Shown piece after piece: positions 52,220 to 64,000 of a DNA stretch of 64,000 bases. The DNA comes from Octopus vulgaris (lineage: Eukaryota). Below the pieces are notes generated by a model. That model was not told where the DNA came from. It saw only the letters and a list, made by a program, of their open reading frames with translations, and ran no database searches. The stretch is taken from positions 23,436,001 through 23,500,000 of the forward strand of contig OX597835.1 of assembly GCA_951406725.2 (NCBI GenBank), given 5' to 3'. The translations under genes were made by a program, and so were the position numbers. Every line of letters begins with the position of its first letter. Within the stretch, counting starts at the first letter, position 1.

Positions 52220-55200
52220 CATACATACGACAGGCTTTCAGTTTCCGTCTACCAAATCCACTCACAAGGCTTTGGTCGACCCGAGGCTATAGTAGAAGAC
52301 ATTTGCCCAAGATGCCACGCAGTGGGACTGAACCCGGAACCATGTGGTTGGTTAGCAAGCTACTTACCACACAGCCACTCCTGTGCCTATGCGAATAAAT
52401 AAGTGTTACATTTGACAGAGTAATCTGAATACTAAAGAGTTAACACTGAACATTTATAAATGGCTTCGAGTTCAAATCTGACAGGATCTTCAACAAATTA
52501 CCAAGTCGGCCTGTTAGTCACTTTAATGTTAAAATGCTCCTTTCGTAAATTACTTCCGTTTAGGTGCAGGCACGGCTGTGTGGTTAAGAAGCTCACTTTT
52601 GCAACCACATTGTTTTGGGTTCAATCCTACTACAAGGTACCATGAGCAAATGTCTTCTACTACAGTCTTGGGCCAACCAATGTCTTGTGAATGAATTTTG
52701 CTGTCAGAAACTGTGCAGAAGCCTACTGTACATAGAATGTATATTTATGTTGTAATCTTTTGTGCCCAATATTTTAAGGAACTTGTTAAACTTTCTTATG
52801 TCCTTAACATGTTCTTATTACCAAAGACTGTATATATGTAATGTAGCATTTTGTAACAACCAATCATTAACGCAACCAAACTTTTACATGTCACTTTTGA
52901 CAATCTTTTTCCAAAGAGTGAAACTGGTAAAGTAAACAAACATCTTTTAAAATTGCATTTTCAAACCTTCTTTCGTATATAATTCCACTCGTGCGGTACC
53001 CTACAACTCCACTTTGTTATATATATATATATATATATGTATGTTCAACTAAAGGTGGTGCTCCAGCATAGCCACAGTCAAATGACTAAAAGAGTATACC
53101 ATTCTGAGCTCAAAGCTTTCTGGATCCTGAATAAATGCTCTGGGAAGTTTGTTGACCATTTCAATGTTGAATTGTTGTTCTGTTCATAAACAATGTCTTC
53201 CATTGGCAAAGATCCACAGATAGTGGCGGGGGAAGGATGTATCAATGATTGAATTAACTTCAGTACAAGTCTTGTTACTTCCAGCAAGATGTGAACTCGG
53301 GACATTGTTGAAGTGACAATTGCTAATCTGTCTTCTTAATGTTCCGATTAAAAATACTTTGTTTTAGTTGTTATTTAACATTAATTGAACAAACCTATGA
53401 CTAAAAATGTTTTAGCACCAGACCATTCCATCATTTTTTCTTCAGGTATAATGCATCTTAGACTAATTACCCAATTTATCTTTCCATTGTTTTCAAAAAT
53501 GGCTTGGTGTGATTTGAAGAAGACCTGTCCAGTACTCAAGAAGGCTTCTTTGTGCTCAAGAAAACCCATCCTGAGCTCACAACAGAAGTGTTAAGGCCTC
53601 TCTCCCCAGTGAAAAGGATTGGCCTGCAAGAGTCCTAGGCTGGTGCTACATAAAAATCACTTGTGTTGGTGCCATATAAAAGTGCTGATGCTGTTGCTAT
53701 GTTAAAAGTACTCAGCATACACTGTAAAGTGGTTGGTATTAGGAAGGGCATCTGGCTGTAAAAATCAAGCCAAATCAGACTGGAACCTGGTGCAGCTCTC
53801 CAGCTTGCTAGCTCTGGTCAAATCATCCAACCTATACCTATTTCTTTATTACCCACAAGGTGCTAAACATAGAGGGGACAAACAAGGACAGACATAGGCA
53901 TTAAGTCAATCACATCGACCCCAGTGCGTAACTGGTACTTAATTTATCGACTCCGAAAGGATGAAAGGCAAAGTCGACCTTGGCAGAATTTGAACTCAGA
54001 ATGTAATGACAGACGAAATACGGCTACACATCTCGCCTGGAATGCTAACGTTTCTGCCAGCTCACCGCCTTTACTAACCTATACCAGCATGGTAAGGGAT
54101 GATGATAAGGATGACAACAACAAAGATGATGAGCAATCGCATAGAAGCTTTCCTATTGGTTCATCTTCCCTGTTGACTCGATGAAACAACTGAAGATGCA
54201 CAACATAAACAATCACCATCATCGTTTAACTTCCGTTCTCCATGCTAGCATGGGTTGGACGGTTCGACCGGGGATCTGGGAAGCCAGAAGGCTGCACCAG
54301 GCTCCAGTCTTATCTGGCAATGTTTCTACAGCTGGATGCCCTTCCTAACGCCAACCACTCCGTGAGTGTAGTGGGTGCTTTTTACGTGCCACCTGCACAG
54401 GTGCCAGGCGAGGCTGGCAACGGCTATGGTCGGATTGGTGTATTTTACGTGCCACCGGCACGGAAGCCAGTTGAGGTGGCGCTGGCATCAGCCACGAGTC
54501 GGATAGGTAATTGCAAAAGCAGAGAATTTCTCAGCTGATGGCAATATCCTTCAAAAAAGACTAATTCTGATTGGATATGGTTTCAGATGACCTATTATAT
54601 CACTGGACATTTGTTTAACCCTTTAGCATTTAAACCGGCCATATCTGGCCAGAAGTATTCTGCCTGTTTTATGTTCAAACTGGTGAGATCTGGTCTCTCA
54701 CACCAATCCTACAATATCATTCTAAAAATTAACAGCTACTTCATCAAAATTTCATAGCTACAAGATAATGTATGATTAATTCAAAACAATGTGGATGAAG
54801 AAGCATTAATTGTGGCAGAATAATGTGTTCACTAAAGGGTTAAATCACAATAATCAAGCAAATGCGCCTTAGATTATATTGGGGGAGTTTCAAACACCAA
54901 TGCGTACCATTGGCCTCCCCTTCGAGTGTCAAAAGTAAAGCTACCATTAATGTTGAGTAATAACAAAAAGAATGTGATTGTGAATAAAAGTGTAGCTTGG
55001 AGATCAGAGAGTCTTTCAAGGACAAACTGCTACTTCTCTACATTAACTCTTTAATATTCGTTTATTCTATTAAATGCAACATTTATTTAATCACATTATT
55101 TTCAATTAATTATGCATTATCTTGCAGCTTTGAGATTTTGATGATGTGTTTGCTTATTTTTAGAATGACATTGTAGGATAGGTGTGAGAGGCTGGATCTA

Positions 55201-56629
55201 GCAGGTTCGAACATAAAACTCTGTGTTGAATATGGCAGGTTTAACCCTTTCGTTACCAACCCGGCTCTGGCTCTGTAGTACAAATGTCTTGTTTTCATAA
55301 GTTTTGAATCAAAATCTTCTACCAAACCTTAGTCACAACTTATGTTCCTAACACTAGCTCAATGATAACGATGTTATTTTACTAAATTATTTGTTATATT
55401 TAAAGTAATTGAAAGAAACGCAGAGCATCTCAAAATAAATACAGTAATGAAAGGGTTAAACGATAAAGGATTAAGAGGTCACAGCTTTGGTACTATGAAC
55501 ATGTCACTTGAAGGCTGCAGGAAAGGGTCGCAAGACAGATTCTTCAAGGCATATGCCATCTGGTAGGAGACCTAGTGGTAGATTAAGTATGAGATGGTTA
55601 AATAATATCCATAGCCATATAGGTGCAGGAGTGCTGTGTGGCAAGTGTCTTCTACTATAGCCTTGGGCAAACCAAAGCCTTGTGAGTGGATTTGGTAGAC
55701 AGAAACTGAAAGAAGCCTGTCATATATATTTGTGTGTCTGTTTGTCCCCACCCCCAATATTGCTTCACAACCAATGCTGGTGTGTTTACATCCCCGTAAC
55801 TTAGCGGTTCGGCAAAAGAGACCGATAGAATAAGTACTAGGCTTACAAAGAATAAGTCCTGGGGTCAGTTTGTTCGACTAAAGGCGGTGTTCCAGCATGG
55901 CCGTAGTCAAATGACTGAAACAAGTAGAAGAGAGTCTCAGTTAGTCAAGCTTGGGTATCCAGCAGAAAACTGTAATGTTGATTGCTTCTGGTACGACCTT
56001 ATGGAGGAGGTGCCTGAGATGGTTACCTCTCCAACAACTTTCTTAGGAATAGTGGGCAGCAAAAATGAAGAGATAGATGGATTTAGTGAGGATGCTGACC
56101 TTGCTATGAATATTGACTTAGTGTAGAAACAGAAAATTGGCTAGTGTCGAGTGTACATGAGTGCACAGAACCTCTTAAACAGGAATAATACTGCTTATAG
56201 ATACAGCTTATAAAAACACAAGACAGCATTGAAGATGAAGATGATATAAAAATAGTTCTATTTTTAAAAAGTACTAAAATTCACATATATTGTGTCCTTG
56301 TAATTTTTTTTTGTTTTGAATACATTGTAGCTGTTGGCTCGGCTTAGTACTATTTAATGTGGTATTATAGTAAGACTGGTAGATATTCAAAGGTCATGTC
56401 TGTTGTTGTTTTTAAGCTTCAGTTGTATTGATGTCATTTAGCTCTAGGTCAGCCCTGAACAAACAGATCTATGATTAATGCTATTCCAACCATGACTATC
56501 CTCTCTATTTTTCAAATAAGGTATATCTCTGGACTGTAAAACTATTGGTCACCCCTTTGGGCCACAAAAGTAAAGCTACTGTGAATGTTGGATATGAAAC
56601 CAATACGTCCCTCCTTCATCAAGACTTTT

Positions 56630-56884
56630 CAGTGGCGTTTCTCAACCAGGGTTCCCTGGAATCCTAGGGTTCTGCAAAAGGTTCCTAGGGGTTCCGCAAG
56701 AAAGAGTGAGATAAGCTAATACTGATTTCATGATCATAACACACACACATATTTACCATGTGAACTATGATGAAAAAATATGAGAAAGATATGGTATATA
56801 ATTTTTTTTTTGCGCAGGGGTTCCTTGAGATGTGTAATTTATTTTAAAGGTTACACAAGGGTAAAAAGGTTGAGAAACACTGCT
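56630..56884. mobile_element. hAT (Charlie-like) MITE
   Basis: Ends cagtggcgtttctcaacc / ggttgagaaacactg, with internal ggggttcc repeats. Confidence 0.65.
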
Positions 56885-58520
56885 GTACAGTGTCCAGGTT
56901 ATATACAGTTATACATTTGATAATAGATCACATATTTGATCATCTGATATAGGACAATACTACGCTGTTGGTACTACACTGCTGATATGACAATGCCACT
57001 ACACTTCTATTACACTGCACACTGTCATGTATCCAGTATTTAACTTACAGCAACTTATGGTACCAACTCTTCAACATTTAAACCAGCCATATCAGGCCCG
57101 AATATTCTACTTATTTTATGCTCAGACTGTCTACATCTGGCCTTTCACACTTACTCAACAATGTCATTCAAAAAGCTATGAAATAAGCCATGATTAATTC
57201 AAAACAACCCTTATAGATTTCTCAGTTCCTTTGGTAAAATACTGAAGAATTGCAGATCTTGGCTACAATAGCGACATCATGAATTTCTTCCATCTTATTG
57301 CTCTGTTAAAGTATTTGAGAAAAATTATATTAATGTGTCCAACTGGTTAAAATTCTATTTATTTATTTGTGCATCTGATGATAGCATTGCATTTAAATTG
57401 ATGTAATGATTGCCTTGTTCCATTAAATCGACCCACTTGAAATGGTTGTACTACATTACTACTTGATATCCTGTTCCTTATTTTGATTATATATATATAT
57501 ATATAAGTTTTTCTGTAATTTCTGTAAATTAAGTTGTGAAAGAGTTTGCTTATAGACACAGACATGGCTTCTCAACCACATGGATTCATATTGAGTTTCA
57601 CTGCATGGTACCTTGGACAACTGTCTTCCACTATAACCTTGGGCTGACCAAAGCCTGGCGAAAGGATTTCTTAGATGGAAGCTGAAAGAAGCCCATCTCA
57701 TATATGTATGTGTGTGTGTGTGTGTATTTATTTGCGTCACCTTCTCTTGACGTTGCGTGAGGTCATTTGTTTCCAACATTCAGTGAAAACATGCCTAAAT
57801 ATGGGTTGAAATCTAACCTTGCTTGGAAACAGGTGAGGGTAGATAACAGGAGAGTGTATCTGACCATAGAAAATCTGTCTCAACAAATTCCATCTTACCC
57901 ATGCCGGCATAGAAAAGTGGATGTTAAGTGATGATGAAGATGATATATACATAGATAGATGGATGGATCACCATCAGTTTCATTGATGAATGTTTGAAAT
58001 TTATGAACGAATTAGTATGTAAGTGGCTGAGCATCGTTCGCAGCCCTTTATGTGTAAGCTCAACGTCTAATTTTCAGCCACAACCAGCAAGACACATGAG
58101 GCGGGAGGTGATACGTCAATGCCCTACCATGTGACACTACACCGTGTATTGTTACAATTTGAATTATAAATACAATCCGTGCTACATTATTCTATAACAC
58201 TTCCTATCGACCCAGTTTTACTCCACAAGGTATGGTTATAGAAAATGACATTTGCCTAAGTTGCCATGCAGTGCTATCGAAAAATGACACTGTGGAACAA
58301 ACTTCGTAACTATTCGGCCATACAGTCCATACCCTCATCTCTCTTTATATATATATATATATCTTTATATATATATAAATTAAATTAGAGATAAAACCAC
58401 TATTAGGCAACTCAAACAATAATTATCTCTAATTTAATTTATATTTATACAGTGAAATTTGATTTAATCCTAAATCTAATTTTTCCCTGTAAGTTTGGAT
58501 ATACTCCCTAATATTATTAT

Positions 58521-58551
<31 letters not shown>

Positions 58552-58569
58552 GAGAGAGAGAGAGAGAAA

Positions 58570-58815
58570 CAAGGAGAAAATTGAGAATAAATGGATGTAA
58601 TTACAGATTTATTTGTATGTTAGAAAGATGACGTTTTTTTTTTAAAAAAACATTACAAATAAATTGGAAGTTGAAAGCTCATAAAAGTTAAGGAAAAAAC
58701 TTTTTTGAGCTTTCAACTTCCAATATATTTGTAATGTCTTTTTAAAAAAAACTTGCATCTTTCTACAACATACAAATAAATCTGAAATTACATCCATTTA
58801 TTCTCCATTTTCTTC
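58570..58815. repeat. Imperfect AT-rich inverted repeat (fold-back)
   Basis: gagaataaatggatgtaatt.cagatttatttgtatgtt...ttggaagttgaaagctca mirrored by tgagctttcaacttccaa...aacatacaaataaatctga.aattacatccatttattctc. Confidence 0.82.
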
Positions 58816-59004
58816 TTTTCCTTTCTATATTAATAATTTCAATAATCCTAAACATATACAAATGACTTTACCATTATATGATATGGATTGAACCAGTGGA
58901 ATACCTTGGATTATATAATATAATCCCTAATGAGGATTTTACTTCCTCGAATTAACTATATATATATAACGATCGTACTGCATAACCTCTGGATATCCTT
59001 GTTG

Positions 59005-59057
<53 letters not shown>

Positions 59058-59650
59058 GACAGGCTTCCTTCAGTTTCCGTCTAACAAATCCACTTACAAG
59101 GTTTTGGTCAGAACCATGTGGTTGGGAAGCAAACTTCTTACTATACTTCAGCGCTAGTGATTTACATGTCCCGCGTCAGACTAATCGTTCCTTCAACTTA
59201 TGTAGGACTTTTTTTGTACATAATTCTATGTACTGTACATGCACCTTTGATGAGTTGTAGTGCATCTGAGCACTATACACAATAATTTCATCATTATTAT
59301 TATTATTGAGATAAGGCTGTTGTTTCTAGCGAGTTGAGTGACTCTTAAGAGGCTTGTGTGTTGGTGCATGTTATATGATTTGTCACCTGTACGTTATTGA
59401 AACAACTGTGAACCCTGAAATGAATGTTAATACTAAAATCCATCCTCCACTTGCTTCTCACATATTTTATGTATTTATATGGTGAGTGGACAAACGAAAG
59501 AAAGAGACACTCAACACAATTAGTGGGAGTTATATTATTTAAAACTTTGATTCGGCCTAGCTCGATGAAACTTTAAGCCTCCGAAAGTTGCATAGGGCAA
59601 CTGATTAAAATTATATATATATATATATATACACACACATATATATATAT

Positions 59651-59685
<35 letters not shown>

Positions 59686-60220
59686 GTGTGTATTAGGTTT
59701 ATATCGTCAGTGCTTTAGGGGCCTCAATACTTAGTTTAATCAAGCACATGTTCACGTTGACATTTTATAGATGAAGTTTTAAACCCCACGCTTTCACAAC
59801 CGCATACCATGTATTATGTTATATACATACATATATATATATATATATATGATTTTTCTCTACGTGGGTAAGCGAGAACGGAAGTTGTAGACGGAAATGA
59901 AATGAAAAAGTTTTTCTCGTGTTCTTCAAGAATCTTTTACTTGCTACATATATACATATGTGAACCCACATACATAATACAATACATCGGCTTATGTATA
60001 TACATTTATATATATATAGGTCATATATATAGATGTATATAGTAATATAAATACATGCATAACTTAATGTCTCGGACCAGTTGTAATTTTTAATTGCAGT
60101 AAATTAATCATAAGGTTTATACATTGGGTACACCGCACTTCGTTAACCAACTTATAACACACATTGCATATCACAATAATGTTCCGTTCCATTTTCTTTT
60201 CAATATCAAATCACGATTTA

Positions 60221-60770
60221 GGCGGCGAACCGGCAGAAACGTTAGCACTCCGGGTGAAATGCTTAGCGGTATTTCGTCTGCCGCTACGTTCTGAGTTCAA
60301 ATTCCGCCGATGTCGACTTTGCCTTTCATCCTTTCGAGGTCGATAAATTAAGTACCAGTTGCGTACTGTGGTCGATCTAATCGACTGGTCCCCATCACCA
60401 AAAATTTAGGGCCTTGTACCTAGAGTAGAAGAGAATATCAAATCATGATTTAGGTGGCGAGCCGGCAGAATCGTTTAACACACCGGGCAAAATGCGGTGG
60501 AGGCTAATAATACGCACACCACCCGTCTTCGGCGTAACCCCAACCACCGTAAAACTGGTGGTGTGCGTATTCTTTACCTTCGCCCAAAATGTTTAGTGGC
60601 ATTTCGTAAATCTTTCATGTTCTGAGTCAGAACATTCCGCTGAGGTAGACTTTGCCTTTCGTCGTTCTTAGGTCGATGAAATAAGTACCAGTTGAGCACT
60701 GGGATCGATGCAATCGACTTACTCCCGCCTCCGAAATTGCTGGCCTTGTGCCAAAATTTGAGACCAGCAT
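60221..60770 (+). mobile_element. Two tandem family-B SINEs; the first has a 19-bp TSD and the second carries an 89-bp hairpin insertion
   Basis: aatatcaaatca(c/t)gattta repeated at 60202-60220 and 60434-60452; insertion at 60496-60584. Confidence 0.8.
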
Positions 60771-62454
60771 CAGATCATGGTTTGGTAGAAATAACAGTAA
60801 AATCTACTTTATATCAGACAACTATATTAAAACACATGCGCACACACATCAGAAAACTTGATCTGGACCCCACCCAACAAAAAAAAATCCTCAAAAAACA
60901 AAAAACAAGTGTACGAAAAGAACAACAACAACAAAAAAGTGATGATATTAATGGATTTCATCAGAAATACCCAAAGCCGATGTGTGGCTCTTCTCGTTAA
61001 CTGAATTTTGTGGCTTGCTGTGTTGCACATACACATGTATATGCTAAAATATAGAGAAATAACAAACGTCGATCGAATATAGAACCCAGTGCCTATGTTG
61101 AATTTATAAATCTTTATTATAATTTTCTTGAAAATAACTGTGAAAAGTTTCGCAGGCGGTTCCTTCGTTTTCAAACTGTTTCAATAAACTTACCACCGGC
61201 GATACACACATATATGTTTGGTAATACAAACATGATAAAGTACACAGACTTTTAATTTTAAATTTGCAGAAGTTATAAGGACATTAGTGTCTCAAGAGTC
61301 GAGAGTTTCGTGTAATGACACCATACTTTGATAAGTAATACACGAAATTTTCAGCCTTCGAGTCACTTCGTAGCTACGTCGACTAAAAGTAATATATATT
61401 TAATGAAAGATCGAGCTGTTAATGATCTTAAACATATATGTTTTAAATTATTAATTGTTTAATGTGTATGTATGTATGTATATACGTGTATAAATTTGGT
61501 GACAAGTTTCGCCGGTTGTAGCTTTTTCATAAAGTTTGAATTATCCAGCACTGAAAAAAATGCTACACACACACACGTATTATATATATAGATTTCTTAA
61601 CTACCCACAAGGGGTTATTATCTTACCGTTTTATCAATATGTAGATATATAGATATATGTATGTGTCTGTGTGTTTGTTATGTATGCATATTTGTATGAT
61701 ACATATATTAAGTTTTATGTACATTATACGGCCTGTATATATATACACACAGATATTATATATATATATATATATACACATACATGCACACACATGACCT
61801 CATCGAATGTCGCTCATTTGCGACAAAATTTGCACTGAATTGAGTTAATCATTATTGAATTTGGAAGGAAGACAGTTTTTTTTCGAAAAAAAGTAAAGTG
61901 GCGGGAAAAGAAAAATGAATGGCTTTGAATTAACTCCCCGAAATCATTCGATGTTGGAGGAGAAAAAAAACCTGCCTAGTTCTCGTTAACTTAAACTTTT
62001 CACGAATGATATAAAGATTTTTATTATCATTATTAGAAAAGTAATTAAAAAGTTACCCGAAATTTATGAATATATTTGAATAATGAGATAATTTTTGAAA
62101 AATTGATTAGTGCTTGTGTTGGTGAAGGTGGGGGAAAATTATTGGCTAAAAAGAAAATGAAAGAATGAAAGGAAAATAGAGAATGAGAGAGAGAAGATCG
62201 AAATAAAGAGAGCGGAAGGGAGAGCGAGAGAGAGAGAGACAAGGAATTAGTGTGAGATAGAGAAAGTAAGAGAAAACGCATAGTTGGAGAAAAAGTAAAA
62301 CAGTAAAAGGAATGAAAGAGGAAGAAGTGAGAGCAATATGGAGGCAAAGAGGACGTGTGGACGTAAGAACGACGTAGAAAAGATAAGAAGAAATGAATGA
62401 ATTAGTAAGGGAGAGGAGGAATCTGTGAGAGGGTGAAAAAAAGAAGGAAAAAAA

Positions 62455-63227
62455 CAAGCGCTCGTGTGTTCATCATATCTATATGCTAGGCGCGTAACAA
62501 GTGGCTGCAATTTTAGGAAGTTGAGAAACAGCTGTGAAAGATAGCCAATCAGAAGAGGCGTCTTTGGAAGAAGAAGAAAAAAGAAAGAAGAGGAGAAAGA
62601 GAAGTAGAGTTAGACAGGGAGAAGAAAGTGAAAAAAAAGAGGGTTAAGAGAAAGAAAGAAGAAACAGAGAAGTAGAGAAAGATATGAAGAAGAAAGAGAA
62701 GAAGGGAGGGGTTAAGGTCGGTGATGTATGTGAGTGTTTGAGGAAGGATAACTCTTCTCTTACTCACTCTGTGTGTGTGTTTCAGTAAGTCAGCCACTCA
62801 GTCCACTTATTGTTCAAAGCATCCCCACATGGGGGTCTGACCCGAGAGGTTTTTTTTTGGCACGAAATATCAATTTTTTTTTTAAAACACAACTTTTTTT
62901 TCTTGGTCCTGTTATATAAGCCTCCTGTGACAACAATTACTGTGATTATTTGAAATAAGATTAAGCAGAAAGACAAGAAAGAAAAAAAAAAAGCGTACTA
63001 AACTGGGTATATTATAGTTGGACATTTAAAAAAAAAAAAAATTCTGTCTGTGTCTGTCTTTTTCTCCCTCTCTGTCCCTTAACATATTAATTTGTTCTTC
63101 CTCTGGTTTAGAACGAAACTATATCAAGAAGAATCTATACATATTATATATATAAATTATCTATATATATATAAAGAATCCGGCTAAGTAATTGAGAGGC
63201 GCATCATTCGAAAAAATCTTAACCGCC
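62455..63227 (+). promoter_or_regulatory. Putative KPNB1 promoter/5'UTR region with CCAAT box
   Basis: SINE-free, locally CpG-containing sequence. AGCCAATCAG (NF-Y consensus) at ~62543, flanked by long polypurine tracts. Confidence 0.45.
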
Positions 63228-63267
63228 ATGAATCTGATTACAGTTCTCGAGAAGACCGTTTCCACTG
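63228..63267 (+). CDS. KPNB1: Importin subunit beta-1, first coding exon (gene continues beyond the window)
   Basis: Kozak accgccATG, MNLITVLEKTVST(x) vs vertebrate KPNB1 N-terminus MELITILEKTVSP(D), then donor G|GTAAGA. 40-nt phase-1 exon, too short for the ORF track. Confidence 0.9.
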
Positions 63268-63428
63268 GTAAGAATTAAAACAATTTTTAGTGATATTTAA
63301 AAAAAAGATATACACATACACAGATATCTCAGTATATCAAAATTGTGTGTGTATTTCAAATATATATTGTAACATCCATTTAAATACTTGTGATTATTTC
63401 AAAGGTTATTCCTTATTTTATTCGATAA

Positions 63429-63489
<61 letters not shown>

Positions 63490-63900
63490 CATATTTATAT
63501 TTATATAAATCTAAACATGTATTTGAATGTATATTTTAATATATACACATCGTTTTTGTTCGCTTCTGAATTAGTCTTTTGCGACGACGACACCACCATA
63601 CCTTGCCAACCGACAAGATACCGGCTACTTCAGTCAGGAAACATGGCTATTGACACACATACATGCATATACATACTTAGATACGTCTATACATACATAT
63701 TCGTAGAGATGGAGGAAATTACTATACACATCCATTTATAAATCTGGTTTATTTATCTGTAAATTTATTAATTTATTACGTATATAATTACAAATTGGTA
63801 CATTTTCCTGCTATCCATTTTCTTTTCACACCTCCATCTCTTCAAAGACTTAGAAAGCTATTAGCTGTACAATAATCAGTCTTTGTCGGCGAAATTGTAT

Positions 63901-63977
<77 letters not shown>

Positions 63978-64000
63978 GCCGACAACGTGTATTACTCATA

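Noticed and set aside
53100-53345. Possible coding exon on the minus strand
   Set aside because: No clean splice-bounded frame; more likely a highly decayed LINE RT fragment, too degenerate to call.

Overview
Eukaryotic (animal) genomic DNA: AT-rich, very microsatellite-dense and saturated with tRNA-derived SINEs and MITEs. The repeat landscape looks like an octopus/coleoid cephalopod genome (inference, not verified). Almost all ORFs in the supplied track are microsatellite or SINE artefacts. Reading splice sites by hand gives one complete 13-exon gene on the + strand, DNA primase small catalytic subunit PRIM1 (ATG 25585 to stop 47400, 1221 nt CDS, 406 aa). Its intron 7 is a minor-spliceosome (U12) AT-AC intron. 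The 40-nt first coding exon of importin beta-1 (KPNB1) lies at 63228-63267. The rest is hAT, Tc1, mariner, Helitron, CR1 and RTE remnants, at least five SINE families and several MITE families. The most notable structures are the AT-AC intron, a stop-free in-frame intron 11, fold-back elements carrying telomere-like repeats, a near-perfect ~550-bp palindrome, inverted SINE hairpins in the probable PRIM1 3'UTR, and Penelope-like inverted repeats with degenerate hammerhead-ribozyme cores. I found no convincing wholly new protein-coding system.
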